Origin: Candidatus Fermentibacterota bacterium
GTDB taxonomy: Bacteria > Fermentibacterota > Fermentibacteria > Fermentibacterales > JCC-6
Assembly: GCA_014728175.1 (NCBI GenBank)
Contig: WJMA01000062.1
Span: 6,914 to 70,913, forward strand
DNA: 64,000 nt
Direction of reading: 5' to 3'
Shown here: one piece after another, positions 46,034 through 53,985 of the stretch
Position numbering within the stretch: position 1 is the first letter of the stretch
How the letters are laid out: every line of letters starts with the position of its first letter
Notes under the pieces: generated by a model
What the model saw: the letters and a program-made list of their open reading frames with translations, nothing else
What the model was told of the DNA's origin: nothing
Databases searched by the model: none
Translations under genes and position numbers: made by a program

Positions 46034-46795
46034 TCAGAATGAGAACATCCTGCGAATCGAGAAGCCGAGGAAAAGCCCATCGTGGGCCGTTCCGCTGAGC
46101 TGATCCGCCATTCCGATGCCTTGGCTGTTGCTAAGAGCGACGATGAACTGATGCCCCCACGTAGTCGCTCTTATACCGAACGAGAACGCATCCTCCGCGA
46201 GAATATCACTCGGAGTGCCTTCTTCCTCACGATCCAACACCGGGAAGAACTCCCCCGTCACGCTCAACTTATCCACAAGCTCAACGTCCAGACCGATGCC
46301 GGGGCCGCCCCTGTCGGAGTATCCGTCGTAGCAGTAACCAACAATGGGCACCAGCCTATTCCAGAACGGACCCGAGGTAAGGGTAATCAGGCCCACAAAA
46401 TCACCCTCACGTCCCTTAACCGGGTCGATTTCCAACGACTTGAATCCCAGATATGCGTAGGTCTCCATCCCCCGGAACGGAAGGGTCTGAGACCAACCGA
46501 TCCCTCCCAAGTAACGGCTTCCGGACCTTACGTGGCCCAACCTAACGTCCAACCGGCGCCAGGGAAATAAACGTAGATCAACTCCCACGTTCGCACCAAC
46601 ATCCATGCCGAAGAAATCTTCGAAAGGATCCTCACCGAAGGCCTCCCCGTAGAACCTGTGGTCAACCCGCAGCTCCAGGCTCCCCGTCTCCACCTCCGTG
46701 TAGGGCACTCTCAGGTTAAGCATCCCCCTCTCGAAGCACGTAGCTACGGCCGGAAAGACCAAAAGAATCAGCATTATTCGCATTACGTTGCCCAT
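46034..46795 (-). CDS. Outer-membrane beta-barrel protein (C-terminal Phe; DUF5777-like) embedded in the DOMON-like lipoprotein cluster
   Basis: Signal peptide, 250 aa of alternating strands, C-terminal …FLGFSIRRMFSF OMP-type terminus. 5-8 nt from the upstream paralog stop, so co-transcription is likely. Confidence 0.55.
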   Translation of the reverse strand: MGNVMRIMLILLVFPAVATCFERGMLNLRVPYTEVETGSLELRVDHRFYGEAFGEDPFEDFFGMDVGANVGVDLRLFPWRRLDVRLGHVRSGSRYLGGIGWSQTLPFRGMETYAYLGFKSLEIDPVKGREGDFVGLITLTSGPFWNRLVPIVGYCYDGYSDRGGPGIGLDVELVDKLSVTGEFFPVLDREEEGTPSDILAEDAFSFGIRATTWGHQFIVALSNSQGIGMADQLSGTAHDGLFLGFSIRRMFSF

Positions 46796-46802
46796 GGCCG
46801 AG

Positions 46803-47369
46803 TCAAATTTCCAGGGAGACGGATTCTGCGTAGACATGCCCGGAGCTGAAGTCGTCTGCACCGTTAGACCCGTAGGCGAATATCACCGCGTAGGTCGTTC
46901 CCTCGACCAGGGCTTTATCGTAATCGTCGCCCGAATCCATCGGTATGCGAAACTCTATCTGCGTCTGGATTGGATCGCTGCCTTCCGAACCCTTCACCAA
47001 CACGATATCATGGGTGCCGCCCAGGGTGGTGTCCGCGTCGTGTGAGGTCTGCCCGGTTCCGAAATCATCCCTGATCGATGTGGAGCCAGCAGAGACGTAG
47101 CCGATTATCAGGTTGGCTTCGCTCATGAAGGATGTGGGATCGAAGCCCACCGCGACCCAGCCCGAGGTCGGAGCGGTTATCCTTGAGTTCAATTCGGCCA
47201 GGGAATCATCGACCATCCACTCGAAGGTGACGTCGTCTACGGAATACTGATTCCAGCCCTCCTCGTTCTCGGAGGGCCCAGTCGAATCGCCACAGCCGGC
47301 TAGCACAATACCAGCCGCTGCGATAAGGACCGTCACTCTCGAAACCAATAGCCTGCTCATGATATCCAT
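46803..47369 (-). CDS. DOMON-like lipoprotein, paralog 3 of 4
   Basis: MDIMSRLLVSRVTVLIAAAGIVLAGCGD lipobox. Conserved blocks SGWVAVGFDPTSFMSEANLIIGYV…RDDFGTGQTSH…LGG…YDK…IFAYGSNGADDF…H. Confidence 0.65.
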   Translation of the reverse strand: MDIMSRLLVSRVTVLIAAAGIVLAGCGDSTGPSENEEGWNQYSVDDVTFEWMVDDSLAELNSRITAPTSGWVAVGFDPTSFMSEANLIIGYVSAGSTSIRDDFGTGQTSHDADTTLGGTHDIVLVKGSEGSDPIQTQIEFRIPMDSGDDYDKALVEGTTYAVIFAYGSNGADDFSSGHVYAESVSLEI

Positions 47370-47394
47370 CCTTCCCATCTTCCCTTCGGGGGAG

Positions 47395-47961
47395 CTAAAG
47401 CTCGATCTCGACCTTGACCACCCAAACGTGGTACTCGTCGAAATCGTCCGAACCGTCCTCCCCGTACGCCAAAAGCACCTCGTGGAGGCTCCCGGGTACC
47501 AGTTCGGTATCGTATTCGTCCCCCGATGACAGCAGCTTGGTGAAGGAGATGGTGGTTCTGCCATCCTCTTCAGATCCGGTAACGTCGATCAAATCACTGG
47601 TTCCACCCAGCTCGGTATCGGCCCGGTGAGACGTGTGGCCGGTTCCATAATCGTCCCTCAGGAATACCTCCCCGCCAGAAAAGTAGCCTATCATAAGGTC
47701 CGCATCCTTCATGGCTGCCGTTGGGTCGAATCCGATAGCCACCCATCCAGTGGTAGGAGCGGCCATGGTGACCCTGAGACTGTCACCCCTTGGATAAAGT
47801 GATAGCTCGAAACCATCCATGGTAATATCATGGTTTTCAACTACTTCCGGCTCGCTTTCCGGCTCCGATCCCTCTGCGGGGCGTCCCGAAGCCGCTCCTC
47901 CGCAACTCCCAAATGCCGCCATTAGACCCAGCAGTAGCAGGATCAACGAAATTCTTGCCAT
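47395..47961 (-). CDS. DOMON-like lipoprotein, paralog 4 of 4
   Basis: MARISLILLLLGLMAAFGSCGG lipobox. Conserved blocks TGWVAIGFDPTAAMKDADLMIGYF…RDDYGTGHTSH…LGG…YDT…LLAYGEDGSDDF…H. Confidence 0.65.
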   Translation of the reverse strand: MARISLILLLLGLMAAFGSCGGAASGRPAEGSEPESEPEVVENHDITMDGFELSLYPRGDSLRVTMAAPTTGWVAIGFDPTAAMKDADLMIGYFSGGEVFLRDDYGTGHTSHRADTELGGTSDLIDVTGSEEDGRTTISFTKLLSSGDEYDTELVPGSLHEVLLAYGEDGSDDFDEYHVWVVKVEIEL

Positions 47962-48117
47962 CGTAACCTCCGTTTCAACGATAATATCATATGATTCTAC
48001 TCTAGTTAAGGCGGACTTTGGCCACCTCTTCGCTCAAACTCATCGGTCCTATATCGAGAGGTGGATTATATTCGCCTTCGTATGCGCTTGCTCGAACTGC
48101 AACCGGAGGAATCTTCC

Positions 48118-50523
48118 ATGGTCTTACTCGTGATCCTGGCTTTGCCCTTGGCAACATCCTCGGCCCCCGCCCAAACAACCTACATGGAACCCGACTCAGG
48201 GCTGGTAAAGATAGTGGATGCTCAGCTCGCTCCCTGGATCAGTATCTCGCCCGACTGCAGATACTGGGCCCTTAGAACGCCATTACGCCATCCCTCCATA
48301 GCCGAGCTGGCCCGGGAAGAGCTGAAGCTGGCCGGGTTGCGCTTCAGCCCTGCGACCTACGCACCCACCAGAAGAACCAGGTACATTGGCATTGAGCTTA
48401 TGGAATACCCCGGTCTCGAGGTTCACAGCGTATCCGGACTGCCGGATAACCTTCGAAGCCTGAGCTTTCGCTGGTCTGCGGACGGCGCGAAGCTGGCCAT
48501 GACGAACGAGACCTCCGAGGGAGTCGAGTTGTGGGTCCTAGATGCCGAGAAGGCGGAGTCAAGAAGGATTCTGGGGCCACACGTCAGCCTCGCGGCTTAC
48601 GAGATGCCCCTGTGGCTTCCCGATGGCTCGGGTCTCGTTTGCTGCACCGTACCGGAGGAACGAAGCGGCCCTCCGGGTGAAGATCCGGTACCCGCCGGAC
48701 CGGTGATCCGGGAGACCTTCGGTGAGGAGGCGCCGGTAAGAACCTTACAGGACCTGTTGGAGGACCCACACGACAAGGACCTATTCGAGTATTACCTAAC
48801 CTCGCAATTGTCCATCGTGCGCCTGGACGGGACTGTTGAGCGCATCGGCCGACCGGGGATGATCTGGGCTTATCTCCCATCGCCCAACGGCGAGTACCTC
48901 CTGGTCGAGCGGCTCCACAGGCCCTTCTCCTACTCCGTCAACGCCTGGAGGTTCCCCACCACCATCGAGGTGTGGGACATGGAAGGCAACGTGGTCCTCG
49001 AGCTGGCCGACCTTCCCCTGAGAGAGGAGATACCGATAGCCCGGGGCAGTACCTACAAGGGACCCAGAAGCGTTGATTGGCGGAGCAACACCGATGCGAC
49101 CCTGTGCTGGGTGGAGGCGCTGGACGAAGGCGATGCAGGTTCGGAGGCCGAGCTGCGCGACCGGGTGTTCTCTCTACAGGCTCCGTTCGACTCCGAGCCC
49201 CGCCAGCTCATGGACCTGGAGTACAGGTTCGGGGGCATAGACTGGGGGAACGATTCACTCGCATTGGTCTCCGAATGGTGGTGGGTAAATAGAAGGTACA
49301 GGACCTGGCGGATAAGGCCCGGCCGGGATCGATGCCGACCGGAGCTGGTTCTGGACTACGTGTGGGAGGACAGGTACAACCATCCCGGCAATCCTCTGCG
49401 GAAGCGCAACGACCGCGGTCATCTGGTCCTGGTAGTCTCTGCGGACGGTGGATCGATCTACCTTCAGGGTAGAGGTGCATCGCCCGAAGGGAATAGGCCC
49501 TTCCTGGACCGTCTCGATCTGGCCACCCTGCAAAAAGAGCGGCTCTTCCGATCCCGGCCCCCATTCTACGAGCAACCGATCAGACTCGTCGACGACAGTT
49601 ATACCGAGCTCCTGTTGCGGCGGGAGTCCCCCGAGCAATACCCGAACTACTACGTCAGGAATCTGGAAAATGATACGGAGAGCCAGGTTACCTTCTTCGA
49701 AAATCCATTCACTCAACTCCAAGGCATGCACAAAGAGCTTCTCACGTACGCTCGAGGAGACGGCATCGAGCTATCCGCCATGCTCTACCTTCCCCCCGGT
49801 TACGATCCCGGCGAAGGCCCTCTTCCTCTGATAATGTGGGCCTATCCCCAGGAATACAGGTCCTCCGCCGCCGCCAGCCAGGTGAGCGGGTCGCCCTACG
49901 AGTTCGATTACCTCGACTGGTGGTCCCCGCTGATCTGGCTTACCCGCGGTTATGCCGTTCTCGAAAACCCGGCCATGCCCATAGTCGGCGAAGGCGACCG
50001 AAAGCCCAACGACGATTTCGTGCCCCAGCTGGTGATGAGTGCCAGAGCGGCCGTAGACAAGGTGGTCGATATGGGCGTAGCCGACCCCGATAGGATAGTT
50101 ATCAGCGGGCATTCGTACGGTGCGTTCATGACCGCCAACCTGCTGGCGCACTCCGACCTGTTCTGCGCAGGTATTGCCAGGACCGGTGCGTACAACCGGA
50201 CCCTCACCCCATTTGGCTTCCAGAGCGAGGACAGGTCGCTGTGGGAGGCGACAGACGTCTATGTGGAAATGTCTCCCTTCATGAACGCAGACTCCATAGA
50301 GGAGCCCATTCTATTGATCCATGGGGAGGAAGACCGCAACTCCGGTACCTTTCCCATGCAGAGCGAACGGATGTACGAAGCGCTGAAAGGGCTGGGCGGC
50401 ACCGCCAGGCTGGTTATGCTTCCGCTGGAGGGCCATTGGTACGAGGCCAGGGAGTCGGTTCTGCACGTGGTCTGGGAGACCCAGCAATGGCTGGACGAGT
50501 ACGCATCCCAGGGACGTTTCTAG
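48118..50523 (+). CDS. Prolyl oligopeptidase family S9 peptidase (beta-propeller + alpha/beta hydrolase; acylaminoacyl-peptidase/DPP-like)
   Basis: C-terminal catalytic domain with nucleophile elbow GHSYGAF, downstream Asp/His regions (…HGEEDRN…; …EGHWY…) and an N-terminal propeller. Start could be GTG 48061, ATG 48082 or ATG 48118 (signal-peptide-like MVLLVILALPLATSSAPAQ). Confidence 0.85.
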   Translation: MVLLVILALPLATSSAPAQTTYMEPDSGLVKIVDAQLAPWISISPDCRYWALRTPLRHPSIAELAREELKLAGLRFSPATYAPTRRTRYIGIELMEYPGLEVHSVSGLPDNLRSLSFRWSADGAKLAMTNETSEGVELWVLDAEKAESRRILGPHVSLAAYEMPLWLPDGSGLVCCTVPEERSGPPGEDPVPAGPVIRETFGEEAPVRTLQDLLEDPHDKDLFEYYLTSQLSIVRLDGTVERIGRPGMIWAYLPSPNGEYLLVERLHRPFSYSVNAWRFPTTIEVWDMEGNVVLELADLPLREEIPIARGSTYKGPRSVDWRSNTDATLCWVEALDEGDAGSEAELRDRVFSLQAPFDSEPRQLMDLEYRFGGIDWGNDSLALVSEWWWVNRRYRTWRIRPGRDRCRPELVLDYVWEDRYNHPGNPLRKRNDRGHLVLVVSADGGSIYLQGRGASPEGNRPFLDRLDLATLQKERLFRSRPPFYEQPIRLVDDSYTELLLRRESPEQYPNYYVRNLENDTESQVTFFENPFTQLQGMHKELLTYARGDGIELSAMLYLPPGYDPGEGPLPLIMWAYPQEYRSSAAASQVSGSPYEFDYLDWWSPLIWLTRGYAVLENPAMPIVGEGDRKPNDDFVPQLVMSARAAVDKVVDMGVADPDRIVISGHSYGAFMTANLLAHSDLFCAGIARTGAYNRTLTPFGFQSEDRSLWEATDVYVEMSPFMNADSIEEPILLIHGEEDRNSGTFPMQSERMYEALKGLGGTARLVMLPLEGHWYEARESVLHVVWETQQWLDEYASQGRF

Positions 50524-50647
50524 CTTTTTTAGCTCTTTTGGCTTTTCTTCAAACCCACTTCCGTATGAAAGTCTTGAGTTTCATATAGTAAAGGCAGATT
50601 AGGAGTTAGCGAGGTGCTTTAACTTCTTTAGGAACGTCCCGGAGTTA
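50504..50647 (+). mobile_element. MITE-like element copy A (~144 bp) with terminal inverted repeats GGGACGTTTCTAGC / GGAACGTCCC and an internal hairpin
   Basis: Left TIR 50511-50524, right TIR 50631-50640 (exact reverse complement of GGGACGTTCC). Internal hairpin TATGAAA…TTTCATA at 50564-50585. ~90% identical to copy B. Overlaps the last codons and stop of the S9 peptidase gene. Confidence 0.7.
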
Positions 50648-50649
50648 CG

Positions 50650-51954
50650 CTAGATGTAGGCCATGTCTTTGAACCACTTTGCTTTATGATCTCCAACCTC
50701 CACGGGATCCGGTATGGCTACGGGAACCGTGGCCCAGTACGTCCGCACATTCTCAACCTGGGTTCTGTCGGGAGCTAGCCTGCTATCCTCGTCCTCAAAT
50801 CCCTGGGACAGATCGTACCCCCACGCTGAGTCAGCATCAGCATCCCACAGGACTTTGGCATCACCGAAACGAACCGCCGCTCTCTGCTTCAAGCCCGTGT
50901 TTACACCACTGGAGGGAACACCTTCGTGCCCGACGCCGTCAGTAGGAAGAAGAGAGACGCCCTGAACGTAATCAGGAACAGAACCCTCAGTCAGGTGCAT
51001 TAGGGTAGGAAGGATATCGTACTGGCCCACTACGTCATCAACCACTGAATCCTCGGGAATCCCGGGACCGCTCATGATGAGGGGAACGTGGATGGTTTCT
51101 TGGAAGAACTGCCGGCCATGGAACATCATTCCGTGATCAAGGAATTCTTCGCCGTGATCGGCCACCACCACGATTATGGTGTTCTCATCCAACCCTCTCT
51201 GCCTTAAACCCGCAAACAGCCTGCCCAACTCGCGATCACAGTAGCGAATCTCCATGTCGTAGCAGCTCATCATATCGTGCATCTCGCGCACCGTGATCCG
51301 GCCGTTCGCGTTCCGTCTTCGGATCGAAGAGGCCGATACGTTGGCCAGATCCTGCGGACCATCAGGTGCCGTATACGGCCAGTGGGGATCGAAGAAATGG
51401 GCAACGATGAAGAAGGGTTGCTCTATATCGCCGTCTACCCACTCGAAGATTCTATCTACGACCACCTCGGCATCGACCGTCTCCCTGCATCCCTCCACGT
51501 CGTAGCTTTGACAACCCCGGGTAAAACCGTACTCCACGTCCATGACCGGAGCGTTGAATATGCCGAAGGTAGCGTAATCCATCTCCGAGAAGAGATCGGG
51601 TAGGGTACTCAGCTCTCTTCCTATTCCGTACAAATGTTCCCCCCTGGTACCGGCCAAATGGGCCCTCTCTGTGACGCCAGTAAAAATCGAGGTCATGGAG
51701 GGAAGGGTCCAGGAGCTCTGTGCCTGGCAGCAGCTCCATCTTACGCCCTCCGAAGCAAGGCTATCCAGATGATCGGTTATCTTCCCATCGTATCCATAAC
51801 AATGAAGATGGTCCGCTCTGAGGGTATCGATGAGAACTAGGAGTACGTTCGGTCTTTTGCCGTCGCTCGAGCAGCCGACGAGCAACGCGGTCAGAAAAAG
51901 AATAGAACATCTGAGCACGCGGTGATTAGAACCAACGATGTAATGGGTGATCAT
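50650..51954 (-). CDS. Sulfatase-like hydrolase (alkaline phosphatase superfamily); canonical CxPxR formylglycine motif not evident
   Basis: N-terminal metal-binding PNVLLVLIDTLRADHLHCYGYD. Core sulfatase-domain blocks (…GRQFFQETIHVPLIMSGPGIP…YDILPTLMHL…). The position expected for C-x-P-x-R reads SSWTLPSMTSIFTG. Confidence 0.75.
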   Translation of the reverse strand: MITHYIVGSNHRVLRCSILFLTALLVGCSSDGKRPNVLLVLIDTLRADHLHCYGYDGKITDHLDSLASEGVRWSCCQAQSSWTLPSMTSIFTGVTERAHLAGTRGEHLYGIGRELSTLPDLFSEMDYATFGIFNAPVMDVEYGFTRGCQSYDVEGCRETVDAEVVVDRIFEWVDGDIEQPFFIVAHFFDPHWPYTAPDGPQDLANVSASSIRRRNANGRITVREMHDMMSCYDMEIRYCDRELGRLFAGLRQRGLDENTIIVVVADHGEEFLDHGMMFHGRQFFQETIHVPLIMSGPGIPEDSVVDDVVGQYDILPTLMHLTEGSVPDYVQGVSLLPTDGVGHEGVPSSGVNTGLKQRAAVRFGDAKVLWDADADSAWGYDLSQGFEDEDSRLAPDRTQVENVRTYWATVPVAIPDPVEVGDHKAKWFKDMAYI

Positions 51955-52028
51955 GTCCTACCTAAAAATTCCCTCATCAAGTGGATGATTCAGGTCACAA
52001 CCTTGGCTCACCTTGCCGCTCGGTCAAC

Positions 52029-52171
52029 CATCCCTCAGGGACGTTCCTGGCCTTTTTAGTTTTTTTGGCTTTTCTTCAAACCCACTTCCGTATGGAAACC
52101 TTGAGTTTCATATAGTAAAGGCAGATTAGGAGTTAGCGAGGTACTTTAACTTTGAGAACGTCGCGGAGTTA
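52029..52171 (+). mobile_element. MITE-like element copy B (~143 bp), same orientation as copy A
   Basis: Left TIR GGGACGTTCCTGGC 52038-52051. Degenerate right TIR GAGAACGTCGC 52154-52164. Internal hairpin TATGGAAAC…GTTTCATA. Terminal GGAGTTA supplies the TAA stop of the adjacent OMP gene. Confidence 0.7.
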
Positions 52172-53299
52172 GAAGTAGTACGATGTGGTGACGTAGTAGA
52201 CGTCCGCGTATGAGCCCAGGTCTTCGCTATCGGAGCCGAAGCTGAGCTGTGAGCCCACCCCCAGGAAGACGTTCTGGGCAATGCTGTAGTCGACGGAGAG
52301 CATACCGTAGGCGGACGGTTCCTCCAGATTGACGAACCCGCTGGGAGTTACGGTCAGCAGAGGGGAAGCCTGCCAGCTCAGACCGTGGATCAAGTATTGG
52401 CTTCCGTTCAGGTAGACGTTCGGCCCCTGCCCTAGCTCGCGTGCTCTGTGAGACGAGTAGTGGTACTCGATCTGGCCGTAGAGGTCTGCAGCCAGCCTGT
52501 AGTCGGCTCCCAGGCTTGCCCTTAGCATGGTCTCCCCCGCCCGTCGTGACATCCCCCCGAGGAAGGTGCACGTTCCGTCGAACCAGACGCTGGCTCCTCC
52601 CGCCGCCCTCGACGCGTTGCAGCCCAATACGATGTCCCGCCTGTGGACGCCCACTATCAGGTCGATGTCCGATCGGGCTACGTAGTTGTGCAGTCGGGCG
52701 TAGATCGCGCTGCTGTCGGGAGCTGCGTGGTACCCCGAGACTACTCCCAAATCCAGTTCCGAGAAGAGCCCGAGCGGTACCCTTGCTCTCAGCGCATCGA
52801 CTCCCTGTCTGTTCTCGCTCTCCAGCTGGTTGAACGGGTAGGGTGCAAGGAAATCGCTCGGAGACACGAAGTGGGCGGTACCCCATGAGACGGCCTGTCT
52901 ACCTGCGATGACATCGGCAAACGAGAGCCTCAGTGTGGCGTTGAGTCTGTCGATGTTGGACAGAACGGCGAAACTCGTGGCGCTGTCGACATGCTCCGGG
53001 TGAAGGTAGAGGTCTGGGTCGGAGACCCGCAGCCCAGTTCTCCCCGAGTCACCCCAGAGTCTTCCGTCGCGAACGGTAGGCAAGAGGACGTACGCCCCCT
53101 CCAGCCGCAGGGTTCTCGAAATCCTGATACCGGATTCAAGGCGCAGAATACCTTGCCACGAGCCCGCCTCGCACAGGCTATCGTTTGGAAGGAGAGTATA
53201 TAGGGCGTAGCTCTTCCAGTGTCCGGCCAACCCTACCGGCGCGGCAAGGGCCGGAGCGAAGCAGAGCAGAAGAGCTAGTGCGCTAAGCCTTCCTCTCAT
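52169..53299 (-). CDS. Hypothetical outer-membrane beta-barrel protein (C-terminal …TTSYYF)
   Basis: Signal peptide MRGRLSALALLLCFAPALAAP. 376 aa with strand-like periodicity and a C-terminal Phe. Last gene of the TetR/LolA-like/ABC operon. Confidence 0.5.
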   Translation of the reverse strand: MRGRLSALALLLCFAPALAAPVGLAGHWKSYALYTLLPNDSLCEAGSWQGILRLESGIRISRTLRLEGAYVLLPTVRDGRLWGDSGRTGLRVSDPDLYLHPEHVDSATSFAVLSNIDRLNATLRLSFADVIAGRQAVSWGTAHFVSPSDFLAPYPFNQLESENRQGVDALRARVPLGLFSELDLGVVSGYHAAPDSSAIYARLHNYVARSDIDLIVGVHRRDIVLGCNASRAAGGASVWFDGTCTFLGGMSRRAGETMLRASLGADYRLAADLYGQIEYHYSSHRARELGQGPNVYLNGSQYLIHGLSWQASPLLTVTPSGFVNLEEPSAYGMLSVDYSIAQNVFLGVGSQLSFGSDSEDLGSYADVYYVTTSYYF

Positions 53300-53978
53300 C
53301 CTCCGCTATCCTGCCATCCCTGAGGATCACCACTCTGGTCGCACGCTCCATCACTATCTCGTCGTGGGTGGAGAAGAGGAACGTCATTCCAGTGCTGCGG
53401 TTCAGCTCGCGCATCATATCCAGCAGCTCCCCGGACGTCTCGGAGTCCAGATTGGCGGTGGGCTCGTCGGCCATAACCAACGATGGTTTCGCGGCCATGG
53501 CCCTGGCGATGGCCACTCGCTGCTGTTGGCCTCCGGAAAGCTTTGAGGGAAGGGTATCGATGTAGTCTTCCAGGCCAACATCCTCCAACATTTCCTCCAC
53601 CCTTTTCCGACGCTCCTCCGCGGACACCCCCTGAAGGAGCATCACGTACTCAACGTTCTCCGCAGTGGTTAGTACAGGAATCAGGTTGTAGGCCTGAAAT
53701 ATGAACCCGATCTTATCCCGCCTGAAATCGGAGAGCTCCCTTCCGGACATCCTGCCGATGGATTTGTCCTCCAGAAAAGCCTGGCCCTTTGAAGGAGTAT
53801 CCAGGCCCGCCATCATGTTAAGGAGCGTGGTCTTGCCGGAACCCGAAGGTCCCACCAGAGCGGTGAACTCCCCCCCGTGTATCTCCAGGTCCACTCCCCT
53901 GACCGCATGGACCGGGACGCCGTCGTCATCGTAAGTCTTGTGCAGGTTCTCGGTCTTGATTACAGCTTGCATTCCCAT
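53283..53978 (-). CDS. ABC transporter ATP-binding protein (MacB/LolD-type)
   Basis: Walker A GPSGSGKTT, Q-loop, signature LSGGQQQRVAIARAM, Walker B LVMADEPTANLD. Confidence 0.9.
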   Translation of the reverse strand: MGMQAVIKTENLHKTYDDDGVPVHAVRGVDLEIHGGEFTALVGPSGSGKTTLLNMMAGLDTPSKGQAFLEDKSIGRMSGRELSDFRRDKIGFIFQAYNLIPVLTTAENVEYVMLLQGVSAEERRKRVEEMLEDVGLEDYIDTLPSKLSGGQQQRVAIARAMAAKPSLVMADEPTANLDSETSGELLDMMRELNRSTGMTFLFSTHDEIVMERATRVVILRDGRIAEDERKA

Positions 53979-53985
53979 CCGCCTC

